A stretch of 54,283 nucleotides of DNA. It comes from an uncultured Candidatus Saccharibacteria bacterium (GTDB taxonomy: Bacteria > Patescibacteriota > Minisyncoccia > Minisyncoccales > Minisyncoccaceae). The notes under the pieces were generated by a model. That model was not told the origin of the DNA. It searched no databases and saw only the letters and a program-made list of their open reading frames with translations. A program made the translations under genes and the position numbers. Below, one piece after another: positions 36,737 to 46,695 of this stretch (positions are counted from its first letter, which is position 1; each line of letters opens with the position of its first letter). The stretch is taken from assembly GCA_964586365.1 (NCBI GenBank), contig CAZPGI010000001.1:1-54283 (forward strand), written 5' to 3'.

Positions 36737-38149
36737 TTAAATTCCCGACTCTGTTTCTTCGTCATTGCTTTTTACTTCCAGGTCGTCCAAATTGAAATTA
36801 GCTGCCTCTTCTTCAAGCTTGTCTATTTTCGCATCAGCTTCAGCAATAGCATTTTTGATTTCTTTGGCCCGATTGGATATCGCTTGATAATTTTCTCTTA
36901 ATTCTGCTCTTTGTTTTTCGGCTTTTGCTAAAATGTCTTCAGCTTTCCATCTTTCTTCTTCAACGGCCCTTCTTTTGTTTTCTAATTCTCTTCTTTCTTC
37001 TTCTATCCTTCTAATCTCTTCGGGATTATCTATGGCCATTCCTCCTTTTTTCTCTAACAACTTTATTTCTTCTTCAACGTTTTTTTCTTTTAATAAAATA
37101 TCAGTAAGGGTTTCTTCTAATTGATCTTTTTCTCTAGTGTTGTCTATCATTTTTTCTTTGATTTCAAAAGCTTCTTGGCCTACTTTTTCTAATTCAAGAA
37201 ATAGCTTCTGACGAGATTCTTTCAGGTTTATTCTTTCTCTGTCTCTTCTCAGCATCTCTAGCTCCAAATTAAGCTGTTTTTCTCTAGCAAGAACTTTTTC
37301 AAAAGCCAAGGTACACTCTTTAAGTTGTAATCTTAAAGATTTGATATCGTCTTCTTTTTTATTCTGTTCTATTTCAATCATGTTTCTTTCGTCCTCAATC
37401 TTCCACCTTTCTTTTTCTAGTCGTCTTTTTTCTTCTGGGTCTCTAGCAATAGCCTCTTTGTCTTCAATATGTTTTTTTATTTCTTCTACTCTTTTTTTTC
37501 TTTCAACGATAAGTTCTAGTTTCTTTTTGGCTCTTTCAATTTCTCTTTCAATCTCTTGCTTTCTTTCTTCAAAAGGCATTTTTTCTTCCAAAACTTTTCT
37601 CAGATTTTCTTCTATCTCAAAAGTAAGGTCAGTAATTTTTCTCAATTTTTCTTCGGCATTTTCTTCTGTTTCCCTTTCTTTTATCTCTTCTGTTGTTATT
37701 TCTTCTACTTCTGGTTCTGAGGGCGTGAACGGTTGTGTTTCTTCAAGAGCAGGTTGTTCTGGAGGAGTTTGTTCCTCAAGCTTTTCTTCCAGCTTTATTT
37801 CTTCCGGCAAAACTTCTTCCTTGATTTCAGGCTGCTCTGCAATCTGAGTTTCTATTTTTGTCTCTTCCAGAGGTTTGTTTTCTTCAGTAATATGGGTTTC
37901 TATTCCAGCCGCAGGAGCATTTTCTTCAACTGGCAATGGTTCTTCTTTAATTTCCGTGTCTTTTAATTCTGTTTCTTTAGGAGAAAGTTCTTCTACTGGC
38001 GGCGGCGGAGGGATAAGTTCTTCTGTTTCTTCCTCAGCCCAGATTTCTTCTGGCTCTTCAAAATTTCCTTGCGCAGCAGCAGCTAAGTCTTTTTTCAAAG
38101 TTCGGATTTTTTCGCGATTTAATTTAAAAACTTTGTTTTCTTCACTCAT
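36737..38149 (-). CDS. Glu/Lys-rich coiled-coil protein with a Pro/Glu-rich N-terminal region
   Basis: 470-aa ORF of low complexity. It overlaps the pnp end by 8 nt. No family recognised. Confidence 0.5.
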   Translation of the reverse strand: MSEENKVFKLNREKIRTLKKDLAAAAQGNFEEPEEIWAEEETEELIPPPPPVEELSPKETELKDTEIKEEPLPVEENAPAAGIETHITEENKPLEETKIETQIAEQPEIKEEVLPEEIKLEEKLEEQTPPEQPALEETQPFTPSEPEVEEITTEEIKERETEENAEEKLRKITDLTFEIEENLRKVLEEKMPFEERKQEIEREIERAKKKLELIVERKKRVEEIKKHIEDKEAIARDPEEKRRLEKERWKIEDERNMIEIEQNKKEDDIKSLRLQLKECTLAFEKVLAREKQLNLELEMLRRDRERINLKESRQKLFLELEKVGQEAFEIKEKMIDNTREKDQLEETLTDILLKEKNVEEEIKLLEKKGGMAIDNPEEIRRIEEERRELENKRRAVEEERWKAEDILAKAEKQRAELRENYQAISNRAKEIKNAIAEADAKIDKLEEEAANFNLDDLEVKSNDEETESGI

Positions 38150-40241
38150 ATTGCTTTGCTCCTTTTAATGATAGATTAATTCTGCCCTGTTCGTCAATAG
38201 ATATTACTTTTACTGGAATAATATCTCCCACCTTTACTATATCGCTTACTTTGCTTACTCGTCTTTCTGAAAGTTGAGAAATGTGGACTAGTCCTTCTTG
38301 GCCGGGTAGTATTTCTACAAAAGCTCCGAAGTCAAGAATTCTTTTTACCTTGCCGCGGAAAACTTCTCCTACTGTCACTTCTCTGGCAATGTTCTTTATC
38401 CATTCCAAGGCTTTTTGAGCAGATTCTTCTTTTTCTGCCGTGACGCATATTTCTCCATTTTCTTCAATATCAATAGAAACATTACAGGCATCAATTATTT
38501 CGTTGATAACCTTTCCTCCTGGGCCAATTACTTCTCCAATTTTTTCTGGATTAATTTTGATTAGATATATTCTTGGCGCATAAGGAGAAAGTTGTTTTTT
38601 GGGTTCAGGCAAAACTTCGGTCATTTTGCTTAATATCTCTGCTTTGGCTTTTTTTGCTTGTTCTAATGCTTCTGCCAATATCTTAGCAGTGATTCCTCTA
38701 ATTTTCAAATCCATTTGTAAAGCATTAATGCCATTTTTTGGTCCAGCTACTTTTAAATCCATGTCTCCGTAGTGGTCTTCTTGGCCCTGAACATCAGTAA
38801 GGATTTTGTACTTTTTTTCTTCAATGTTTTTTAATTGATTCATTTCCATCATTAAGCCCATTGCCACTCCAGCCACTGGCTCTTTGATAGGTACTCCGCC
38901 GTCCATCATTGCCAAGCAAGCGGCGCAAGTTGAAGCCATTGAGCTTGAGCCGTTAGAGCAAAGCACTTCGGAAACCAACCTGATGGTATAGGGAAAGGAT
39001 TCAGGATTAGGAAGAACTGCTTTTAAGGTTTTTTCTGCCAGCATGCCATGGCCGATTTCTCTTCTGTTTGGTCCTTTCATTGCTCCTGTCTCTCCTACGC
39101 TATAGGGAGGAAAGTTGTAGTGGTGCATAAACTTTTTCTTTTCCTCTACTTCCATTTCTTCAATTATTTTTTGGTCTCCTGGAGAACCTAAGGTGAGAAA
39201 AGAAAGAACTTTTGTTTGACCTCGGCAAAACAAAGCCGAGCCGTGGATTCTTTCAAAAAGGCCGGTTTTGCATTCAATCTTTCTTATTTCATCAAACCTT
39301 CGGCCGTCAATTCTTAGCCCTTTCTCAATGACTAAATTATGAATAGCTTTCTCTCCCTCCTTGTCTAAAAGACAAAGTCCGGGACTTACTTTTCTTTCTT
39401 CTTCTTCGTATTTATTTTTTAAATAGTCTTTAAACTCTTCTTTGAAATTATCAAAATCAAGAAGAGACTTTTCTATTCTTCCCTCAATAAAGTTTTGAAC
39501 ATCTTTTTCTAATTTTTCGTCTTCTTCTTTTTCTTCTAAGATTATTTTTTTCTTTCCTACTTTTACTGCTATCCGCTCTTGAAAAGTAAGCAATTTTTCT
39601 TGTAATTCTTTTGTTTTTTCAATGGCCTGAGTAATGTCTTTTTCTTGAGTTTGGTCAAACTCTCCTTCTAACATATTAACCAAGAGAATGTTTTTAGATT
39701 CATCTTTTAAAGAAGAAAAGAACAAATCAAACTTTTCTCTTTCTTCTTTTTTAGGAAAAATTGTCGTTTTTTCTCCTATTCTTATAGGGGCTACTGGTCC
39801 ATTCCAGGGAATATCAGAAATCAAAAGGGCTAAAGAAGTAGCAAAAAGACCCAAAACAGCTGGGTCGTTTTCATTATCCCAAGAGATACAAGTAGCAATA
39901 ACTTGAACCTCTCTTTTGAAGTTGTCTGGAAAAAGAGGCCTAATCGCTCGGTCAATCAGTCGAGAATTAAGAATAGCTTTTTCGCTTGGTCGAGACTCTC
40001 TTTTTAAAAATCTTGAACCTAGTATTTTGCCAGCAGCATAATATTTTTCTTCATAACTTACGGTTAAAGGGAAAAAATCAGTTCCTTCAATTTCCCTTTT
40101 TGCCATTACAGCTGTGGCTATTATTATTGTGTTGCCCATTTTGGCCCAAACCGAGCCATTAGCCCTTTCGGCCAGATCGTTTATTTCTACCTCTAATGTT
40201 TTTTTATCATCAAGCTCTAGTTTAAAGAGTTCTGATTTCAT
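38142..40241 (-). CDS. pnp: Polynucleotide phosphorylase
   Basis: Two RNase PH domains, a KH domain ([11 protein letters not shown]) and an S1 domain ([20 protein letters not shown]). Downstream of rpsO. Confidence 0.9.
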   Translation of the reverse strand: MKSELFKLELDDKKTLEVEINDLAERANGSVWAKMGNTIIIATAVMAKREIEGTDFFPLTVSYEEKYYAAGKILGSRFLKRESRPSEKAILNSRLIDRAIRPLFPDNFKREVQVIATCISWDNENDPAVLGLFATSLALLISDIPWNGPVAPIRIGEKTTIFPKKEEREKFDLFFSSLKDESKNILLVNMLEGEFDQTQEKDITQAIEKTKELQEKLLTFQERIAVKVGKKKIILEEKEEDEKLEKDVQNFIEGRIEKSLLDFDNFKEEFKDYLKNKYEEEERKVSPGLCLLDKEGEKAIHNLVIEKGLRIDGRRFDEIRKIECKTGLFERIHGSALFCRGQTKVLSFLTLGSPGDQKIIEEMEVEEKKKFMHHYNFPPYSVGETGAMKGPNRREIGHGMLAEKTLKAVLPNPESFPYTIRLVSEVLCSNGSSSMASTCAACLAMMDGGVPIKEPVAGVAMGLMMEMNQLKNIEEKKYKILTDVQGQEDHYGDMDLKVAGPKNGINALQMDLKIRGITAKILAEALEQAKKAKAEILSKMTEVLPEPKKQLSPYAPRIYLIKINPEKIGEVIGPGGKVINEIIDACNVSIDIEENGEICVTAEKEESAQKALEWIKNIAREVTVGEVFRGKVKRILDFGAFVEILPGQEGLVHISQLSERRVSKVSDIVKVGDIIPVKVISIDEQGRINLSLKGAKQYE

Positions 40242-40504
40242 GATTTGAGACCGAGTTTTTTAACCAAGTCCTTGTATTTTTTTTCGTCTGTTTTTTCTAG
40301 ATATTTAAGTAGTTTTCTTCTTTTAGCCACCATTTTAAGCAAGCCTTTTTTAGAGTGCAAGTCCTTTTTATGGGTTTGCAAGTGGGCAAGAAGTTTATCT
40401 ATCTCTTTTGATAAAAGAGCAATCTGGACTTCAGCTGAGCCAGTGTCTTTTTCGTGCGTTTTAAACTTGTCTATTATTTTTTCTTTTTCTGTTGTTGAAA
40501 TCAT
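40238..40504 (-). CDS. rpsO: 30S ribosomal protein S15
   Basis: [14 protein letters not shown]...[29 protein letters not shown]. Confidence 0.9.
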   Translation of the reverse strand: MISTTEKEKIIDKFKTHEKDTGSAEVQIALLSKEIDKLLAHLQTHKKDLHSKKGLLKMVAKRRKLLKYLEKTDEKKYKDLVKKLGLKS

Positions 40505-40532
40505 ATTTTTATTAATAATTATTTTTCTCTTG

Positions 40533-40605
40533 TGCCCCGTGAAGGACTCGAACCCTCAGCCTTGAAGTTAAGAGCTTCCTGCTCTGCCAGTTGAGCTAAC
40601 GGGGC
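40533..40605 (-). tRNA. tRNA-Lys (anticodon CTT)
   Basis: Hand-folded cloverleaf. Acceptor GCCCCGT/ACGGGGC, T-loop TTCGAGT, anticodon loop CTCTTAA. No encoded CCA. Confidence 0.85.
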
Positions 40606-40998
40606 TTAAGGAACTTGCTGGAAAAAGTAAAGAGGCCATTCCATTTGTCCTTTAGTAATAAAGGCTACGAATTCGTAAACAATAAGCCAAGCAGCATAAA
40701 TTAATATCACGCCAATAATACCATAAGTTAATATCTTTTTTCCTTTTTCTACTTTGCCAGGGTCGCCGCCAGCGCTCATTATGGTTATCCCGCCAAAAGC
40801 AAAGATAAGAGCAGCAATAGGAGGAATTAAAGTAAAAAGCAGGAATTTAATAACATTGTTTATTAAGACAAATAAATCGCTGAAAGTGCATGGTTCTTGG
40901 TCTTTTCCTCCGCAAGGAACTAATCCTTGGCCTAAAACTGGAAGAGCAAAAAGCAAAAAAAAGAAGAAAAAGGCAAGATATTGTTTGGTTTTTGGCAT
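40606..40998 (-). CDS. Stand-alone T4SS pilin-like protein (VirB2/TrbC-type, CPR style)
   Basis: Signal peptide, LVPCGG..PCTFSDLFVLINNVIKFLL, TM1, the loop SAGGDPGKVEKGKKIL, then TM2. This is the same layout as the N-termini of the three fusion proteins. Confidence 0.65.
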   Translation of the reverse strand: MPKTKQYLAFFFFFLLFALPVLGQGLVPCGGKDQEPCTFSDLFVLINNVIKFLLFTLIPPIAALIFAFGGITIMSAGGDPGKVEKGKKILTYGIIGVILIYAAWLIVYEFVAFITKGQMEWPLYFFQQVP

Positions 40999-41040
40999 AA
41001 GCTTTTTTGAGTATAGCGGTTTTAGATAAAAAAATCAAGG

Positions 41041-41112
41041 CGCCCCCGGCAAGATTCGAACTCGCACCACTGGTTCCGAAGACCAGTACTCTATCCGTTG
41101 AGCTACGGGGGC
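41041..41112 (-). tRNA. tRNA-Arg (anticodon TCG)
   Basis: Hand-folded. Acceptor GCCCCCG/CGGGGGC, T-loop TTCGAAT, anticodon stem CTGGT/ACCAG with loop CTTCGGA. No encoded CCA. Confidence 0.85.
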
Positions 41113-41781
41113 TTATTGTTTTTTAAACAGTTTTATTCTGAAAGGAGGAACTGTATCTTGGTCAAAGATAAGGCGGTTTTCAATCAATTCTTTTTTATTG
41201 TTTGATTTTATTATTTCTTCAATCGGGCTTAATCTTTTAATAAAAATAGGGACCAGAGAAAGAATAATAAGCCAGCCAATTGGCTCAAAGTAATTTAATC
41301 CTCCTTTAAAAGTAAAGAAAATGCCGAAGATTAGAGAAAGGATAGTGCCAACAGAAGCTGTCCAAATGAGAGTAAAAACAATGGTAGGGATAAGCAAAAT
41401 GAATAAAGTAGTAGGAGAAAAAGCAAAGATTGCGCCAATTAAAGTTCCCAATCCTCTCCCGCCATTAAACTTAAGGAAAATTGACCAATTGTGGCCAATT
41501 ATAGCCATAAAGCCAGCAAGAACTTGAATTGCTATTGGCAAGTTGTATTTTTGAGCCAAAAAAACTACTAAAAAGCCTTTACCAACATCAAGAAAAAATG
41601 TCAAGATGCCTGGCCACGCTCCTACATTTTTAACTACGTTTGAACTAGAACTTTTTCTCCAGCCAATTTCTAAAATGTTTTTGCCAGAAGCGAGACGGGA
41701 AATGATATAGGCAAAAGGAATGGAACCAAGGAGATAAGAAAAGATTAAGTAAAGAAAATAAAAAAAGTATTGATTAATCAT
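41113..41781 (-). CDS. PlsY-like acyl-phosphate:G3P acyltransferase paralogue (divergent)
   Basis: LLGSIPFAYIISR and GHNWSIFLKFNGGRGLGT are conserved. The GSxNxGxTN motif is degenerate (SSSSNVVKNVG). Confidence 0.55.
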   Translation of the reverse strand: MINQYFFYFLYLIFSYLLGSIPFAYIISRLASGKNILEIGWRKSSSSNVVKNVGAWPGILTFFLDVGKGFLVVFLAQKYNLPIAIQVLAGFMAIIGHNWSIFLKFNGGRGLGTLIGAIFAFSPTTLFILLIPTIVFTLIWTASVGTILSLIFGIFFTFKGGLNYFEPIGWLIILSLVPIFIKRLSPIEEIIKSNNKKELIENRLIFDQDTVPPFRIKLFKKQ

Positions 41782-42433
41782 TTAAATAAGTTTTGTTTTT
41801 AATGTTTTTAATCTGTTCAGCTAGCCTATCGCGGTGAGCCAAAAGAATTAATGGCGTGGCTGCAAGGGCGGGATAAAAGATTAATATATTATAGGTATAA
41901 AGCCAAAAAAGAGCAAATACTTCGCCAGCCAATCTTCCTGCCACTTGGTCAGAAACAGCATGTTTTAAAAACTTTTTGTTTAACTTTCTTCCCATTAAGA
42001 TTTCAAACAAAACCATAAAGCAGAAAATTAAAGCTATCCAGCCGAAGAATGCTTTCCAGTCAAAATAAAGAAGAATACCCATTAAGCTGGCTGCTCCCCT
42101 ACCTCCTTTAAACTTAAGGAAAAGAGAGTGGTTGTGGCCTAAAACAACAAAGAAAGCAGTTAAAGCCACGGATAAAGAATTGTTGATTAAAGATTGGGCT
42201 AGATAAACAGACAAAACTGCTTTGCCTCCATCTAAGAGGAAGACAAGAAGAAAAGCAATAAGGCCTATTGATTTTCCTTTTTCCTTGCCAGCTACTCTTA
42301 AAGTATTTAAAGCGCCGATATTTTTTGAGCCAGCTTGACGCAAATCTTCTTTAAAAAAAAGCTTGTTAATGATGAGTCCAAAAGGAATGGAACCAAGGAG
42401 ATAAGAAGCTAGAATGATAATAAAGTATTTCAT
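41774..42433 (-). CDS. PlsY-like acyltransferase paralogue
   Basis: LLGSIPFGLII, GSKNIGALN and GHNHSLFLKFKGGRGAAS. Confidence 0.65.
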   Translation of the reverse strand: MKYFIIILASYLLGSIPFGLIINKLFFKEDLRQAGSKNIGALNTLRVAGKEKGKSIGLIAFLLVFLLDGGKAVLSVYLAQSLINNSLSVALTAFFVVLGHNHSLFLKFKGGRGAASLMGILLYFDWKAFFGWIALIFCFMVLFEILMGRKLNKKFLKHAVSDQVAGRLAGEVFALFWLYTYNILIFYPALAATPLILLAHRDRLAEQIKNIKNKTYLND

Positions 42434-43311
42434 ATTATTTGTTCTTGTAATAAAGCAATAAGAATTGTGCCTGGGCCGACGTGAGCACCGATAACAAAAC
42501 CAGACACATTGATAAATTCTATTTTTACCTCTGGAAGGTTTTCCTGAACCATTTTTTCCAAACGTTTAGCTTCTTCTAGGTTGTCAGCATGGCTGATAGC
42601 AGCGCGATATTGGCCAGGATTCTTTTTAACCAAGTTTTTAACTTCTTTAAACAGGGCAGTGGCCGTATCTTTGGCTTGCATTTTAAAATTAGCTGGTTTA
42701 GCTTCGCCATCTTTAACTTTTAAAATTGGCCTCATGCCTAGTTCTTGCATTTTTTCCATAATTCTAGCCACGGCACTACTTATTCTTCCACCAGCCTCTA
42801 GCCATTTCGGGCTTTCCAACATGCCAAAAAGATGAACCTTAGAAGGCAAGCTTTCTAAAGAATGAAAAATGTTTTCAGTGCTCTCCCCTTTTTCTATTAA
42901 TTCTGCCGTCCTAATAACTAAAAGAGCTTCGCCAACATCAACATTAAGAGTGTCTAAAATAAATATTCTTTTTTGAGTTTCTTCATCAAATAGTTTTTTG
43001 GCTTGAATGGCAGAATTAAAAGCCCCAGATAATTTTGAGCTTAAGGTAAGACAAAGAACATCTTTGTCTTGAGCTAAAAGGTTGTCGTAAGCTTTTTTGA
43101 AAGTACCTACTGCTGGCTGAGAGGTTTTGGGAGTGGTTTTAATGCCTTGTTCTTTGGCATCTTTCATCTTTTTATAAATATTATCTTTGGAAATATCTTT
43201 TTGCTCGGGCCAGTCAACTATAAAAGGAACGATTTCAGTAATTCCATATTTTTGAATCAACTCTGGAGGCAAGGCTGAGCTGTCTCCAATAATTAAACCT
43301 GGTTTTTTCAT
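42430..43311 (-). CDS. DegV/FakB-family fatty-acid-binding protein
   Basis: IGDSSALPPE, PKTSQP and LSSKLSGAFNSA motifs, about 290 aa. Confidence 0.85.
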   Translation of the reverse strand: MKKPGLIIGDSSALPPELIQKYGITEIVPFIVDWPEQKDISKDNIYKKMKDAKEQGIKTTPKTSQPAVGTFKKAYDNLLAQDKDVLCLTLSSKLSGAFNSAIQAKKLFDEETQKRIFILDTLNVDVGEALLVIRTAELIEKGESTENIFHSLESLPSKVHLFGMLESPKWLEAGGRISSAVARIMEKMQELGMRPILKVKDGEAKPANFKMQAKDTATALFKEVKNLVKKNPGQYRAAISHADNLEEAKRLEKMVQENLPEVKIEFINVSGFVIGAHVGPGTILIALLQEQII

Positions 43312-43329
43312 ATATGTTTATTTATTATT

Positions 43330-44193
43330 TTAATTATGGATATAATAACCAAGGACCAATGTTCCGGGGCCAAGATGGCCCCCCAAAGGAACAGAAAACA
43401 TGTTCAAAAAAATTGTTTCTACGTTGATTTTTGCCAGCAGTTCTTTTAATTTATCTGCCTGAAGCTTATCGTTGGCATGAGTAATGCTAGCAGTTATTTT
43501 CTTTCCCGACTCTCTTATCTTTCTAGTATTTTTTTCAAACTCTTGAAAAATGGTTTCTGACAATTCTTTAACATTCTTTTTGATGCTGATAATAGCAATT
43601 TTGCCTTCTTTTAATCCAAACAAAGGCTGGAGTTTCATTTTTTCTACTCCTCTTTGAATAAAATGAGGTATCCGGCCGCTAGCTTCTAACCATTTGCCTT
43701 CGCGGTAAGCCCCCATTAATTTAAAGTTTTTTATTTCCTCGTTCAGTTTATTGACTATTTCTTGCGTCCTAAAGCCTTGTTTTATCTGTTTTATTGCTTC
43801 TAGGGCCATTAATCCTTGGCTGGCGCTGCCATTTAAAGTATCAAAAACATGAACCCTGTTTTTCATTTCAGCGCTTAATAACTTTTGCGCTTGCAAAGCA
43901 GCATTATATGTTCCTGAAAGCTTGGAAGATATGGTAAAACAAATTATTTCTTGATAATGTTTTAGTTTTTCTTGAAAAGTTTTCAGAAAATCATTTATTG
44001 AAGGTTGGGAAGTTTTTACAAAAGCAATAACTCCTTGTTTTTCCGAGGCCTCCATTTTTTTATAAATATTGCCAGGAAATTGCTCTAATTTTTGCAAATC
44101 TAATTTAAAAGGAATAATAGAAATATCATTTTCCTTTATTATTTCTTCAGGCAAATCAATTGCTTCATCAGCAACAATACCTATATTATTCAT
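43330..44193 (-). CDS. DegV/FakB-family fatty-acid-binding protein
   Basis: VADEAIDLPEE, VKTSQPS and ISSKLSGTYNAA. Confidence 0.85.
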   Translation of the reverse strand: MNNIGIVADEAIDLPEEIIKENDISIIPFKLDLQKLEQFPGNIYKKMEASEKQGVIAFVKTSQPSINDFLKTFQEKLKHYQEIICFTISSKLSGTYNAALQAQKLLSAEMKNRVHVFDTLNGSASQGLMALEAIKQIKQGFRTQEIVNKLNEEIKNFKLMGAYREGKWLEASGRIPHFIQRGVEKMKLQPLFGLKEGKIAIISIKKNVKELSETIFQEFEKNTRKIRESGKKITASITHANDKLQADKLKELLAKINVETIFLNMFSVPLGGHLGPGTLVLGYYIHN

Positions 44194-44194
44194 A

Positions 44195-45970
44195 TTATTT
44201 CATTATCCAGCCAACAATCAAACTTTCTGGACAAGCGTTGATGCTGGTTACTGGATCAGTAATAGTTACAAAAGAGATGTCTGCTCTTTTGAATTTTTTA
44301 AGACTACTCTTAAGCTGTTCGGCCTGCTCTGGATTGTCTCCATGAGCAGTTACAGCCCTAATTCTCTTTCCTTTTTTAATGTCTTTGGCCGTGTTGCGGT
44401 CTATTCTTTGGAAAAGAGCATCAGCAAAGTTTTTGGTTTTAACTTTTCCGATAGGAACCATTCTTCCGTCTTTCATTTGGGCTAAGGAAAACTCTTGCTT
44501 TTCTTTTGGTCTAAGCCATTGGTCTGTTTTTTTCCACCAATTAACATTTTCCAAAATAGCATAAACATTTATCTGAGAAGTAATTTTTTCTAGCTTATTT
44601 ACTATTTCTTTGGCTTGAAAATGTTCTTTTATCAATTCAATCGCTTCTAAAATCAGTAAAGATTGACCAGCGCTGATATTTTTGGAATCAATAATAAAGA
44701 CTTTTTCCTTTTGCTTTTCAGGCAATAATTCTTTGGCTTTTAAAGCAGAGCGGTAGTTGTCAGAAAGTTTAGAGCTAGAGATAATACATAAAACATTTTC
44801 AAACTCTCCCAATTGTTTTTTGTAAGCTTCTAAAAAGAAATCAGGAGCAATGGATTCAATCTTTGGCTTCTTGGTTAATCCCTGCTTTTTAGCTTCTTTA
44901 ATTTTTTCGCAGACCGTGTCTCCTGGAAGGATCTCCCCTTCTGGCCAAGTTATTTTAAAAGGAACAACCTCAATATTATAATGATTGATTATCTTTTGAG
45001 TTAAGCCGGCTCTTTCGTCAATAACCAAGCCAATGGAAACGTTTTCAATTGATTTTTCTCCAATTACTTCTCTGGCCATATCTTGAATCTTCATGCTTTC
45101 TGTATCTCCTAAGGGTTTAAGTACATCCCTTACTTCATACGGACTGTCAGTATGAATATGTATTTTTGTTTTGTTTCCTATTTGAATAATATCCAAGCAG
45201 TCACCTAAGCCTTTTAGCTTTTCTTTAATGCTTTTTTCGTTTTCAGCTACGTTGTTGATTAAAGCCACCACTTCATAACGATTAGAGATTATTTGAATAA
45301 ATCTTCTGGGCTTAATTTCTTCTTCAGCTGAAGAAGGCTTGAGAGAGGAAATATCTCCTTGTTCTTGTAAAATATCTAGATAGGTTTCTAAAATCATTAA
45401 AAAACCGAGGCCTCCTGCATCTACTACCCCGGCTTTTTTTAATAACTCCATTTTATTAGGAGTTTCCTCTAAAGCTTTATCAGCTTCTTCTAAGGCCTGA
45501 TAAAATATCTTAACAATGTCTTTTTCTTTCTTGGCTCCTTCTTCAAAGGTTGAAGCAAAGGCCTCAACTACATCTAGAATGGTTCCAGGTTTTGGATTTT
45601 GAATTGATTCTCTGGCTCTTTCTGCGCCTTTTTTAAAAGCAAGGGCCAATTTTTCCGCGTCAACAGAAGAATTGCTGTTCAGGGCTGGAAAGAATCCAGC
45701 TAAAAAGCCAGTATAGATAATGCCAGCATTGCCTTGGGCGCCAGTAAGAGCTCCTTCTAAAACGCTGTTTGATAACTCTTCAATTGAAGAAAAGTCTTTA
45801 TCCTCTATTTGTTCCTTAATACCCTTAAGAGTGGCGCTTAAGTTATTGCCAGTGTCTTGGTCAGGAACAGGAAAGACGTTTATCTTGTTTATTTGATCTT
45901 TGTCTCTTTCTATTCTTTCGCAAGAAAAGAGGATCATTTTTTTCAATTCGTTTTGGGTTATTTCCAACAT
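44195..45970 (-). CDS. Dak2 (FakA-like kinase) domain fused to a DegV-like domain
   Basis: The N-terminus NVFPVPDQDTGNNL matches the Dak2/FakA motif (cf. VFPVPDGDTGTNM). The C-terminal half (GLVIDERAGL..., ISSSKLSDNYRSA) is similar to the two neighbouring DegV genes. Confidence 0.75.
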   Translation of the reverse strand: MLEITQNELKKMILFSCERIERDKDQINKINVFPVPDQDTGNNLSATLKGIKEQIEDKDFSSIEELSNSVLEGALTGAQGNAGIIYTGFLAGFFPALNSNSSVDAEKLALAFKKGAERARESIQNPKPGTILDVVEAFASTFEEGAKKEKDIVKIFYQALEEADKALEETPNKMELLKKAGVVDAGGLGFLMILETYLDILQEQGDISSLKPSSAEEEIKPRRFIQIISNRYEVVALINNVAENEKSIKEKLKGLGDCLDIIQIGNKTKIHIHTDSPYEVRDVLKPLGDTESMKIQDMAREVIGEKSIENVSIGLVIDERAGLTQKIINHYNIEVVPFKITWPEGEILPGDTVCEKIKEAKKQGLTKKPKIESIAPDFFLEAYKKQLGEFENVLCIISSSKLSDNYRSALKAKELLPEKQKEKVFIIDSKNISAGQSLLILEAIELIKEHFQAKEIVNKLEKITSQINVYAILENVNWWKKTDQWLRPKEKQEFSLAQMKDGRMVPIGKVKTKNFADALFQRIDRNTAKDIKKGKRIRAVTAHGDNPEQAEQLKSSLKKFKRADISFVTITDPVTSINACPESLIVGWIMK

Positions 45971-46009
45971 AAGAAAAAAGAAATAAAGGATATTTCTTCA
46001 ATGCATAAA

Positions 46010-46684
46010 TTATTTTATCTTTTTTTCTAAATCGTCAAGTATTTTTTTGGCAAAATCTCTCCCTCCTAAGCCAAAAGCCAAGCCAAAAGCAAGAACAATA
46101 AAAGCTACAAAGCCAATGAAAATGGTTAAAACCAGGTTAGGCACTATCTTTAATTGATAAAGAATAGCCAGGGTGGCTAAAACCCAGGCAACCGAGGAAA
46201 TGATGTTGCTTAAGACGCTAGAATAAACTATTTTTTCTTTTTCCAAGCTAACCACCAATACTTTTTTGGAAAAATCAGCTAAAAAGACAGCACAAATGAA
46301 AATAGCCATGGCTACAAAGATATTGGGGAAATAATTAATAACTTTTTGGATAAAAATATTAAGCTGCTCTAAGCCAAGAATGTCTAAAGAAATAGTCAGG
46401 AAAAGAAGGATGAAAAAGATATTAACAACTTCAGCTAAAAGCTTGGAAACATTAATTTGAGCGTTATAGCGATTAAAGAAATCTTCCCAGCCCAATGACC
46501 TTAACATTTGATTAAGACGAAACTTTTGCAAAATCTTAATTGTCCAATTTTTTAATTTATTGGCAATAAAGACACCAATAAAAAGAATTAAAATAGCGCC
46601 AATTAAATTTGGCAAACCATTAATTACGTCTTGAGTTAAAATATTTAAAACATTTTGCATATTTTTGTTTTTTATTATTACCAA
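46010..46684 (-). CDS. Polytopic membrane protein (possible conserved-TM-helix / mechanosensitive-like family)
   Basis: Repeated TM helices (LPNLIGAILILFIG...). Family assignment is tentative. Confidence 0.4.
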   Translation of the reverse strand: MVIIKNKNMQNVLNILTQDVINGLPNLIGAILILFIGVFIANKLKNWTIKILQKFRLNQMLRSLGWEDFFNRYNAQINVSKLLAEVVNIFFILLFLTISLDILGLEQLNIFIQKVINYFPNIFVAMAIFICAVFLADFSKKVLVVSLEKEKIVYSSVLSNIISSVAWVLATLAILYQLKIVPNLVLTIFIGFVAFIVLAFGLAFGLGGRDFAKKILDDLEKKIK

Positions 46685-46695
46685 TTTATTCTATC

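Noticed and set aside
37341-38168. Plus-strand Ser/Phe-rich ORFs (37341-37847, 37733-37966, 37875-38168) and similar antisense ORFs elsewhere (for example 1340-1756, 17841-18197, 26307-26942, 44069-44485).
   Set aside because: They are mirror-image artefacts of purine-rich (GAA/AAA) coding strands. They are embedded in genes with strong family signatures or coherent architecture on the other strand.
40955-40962. An A8 homopolymer inside the signal-peptide (FFFFF) region of the stand-alone pilin gene, as a possible phase-variation tract.
   Set aside because: Eight-nt A/T runs are common in this AT-rich sequence, and the tract simply encodes poly-Phe. There is no evidence of length heterogeneity from a single sequence.
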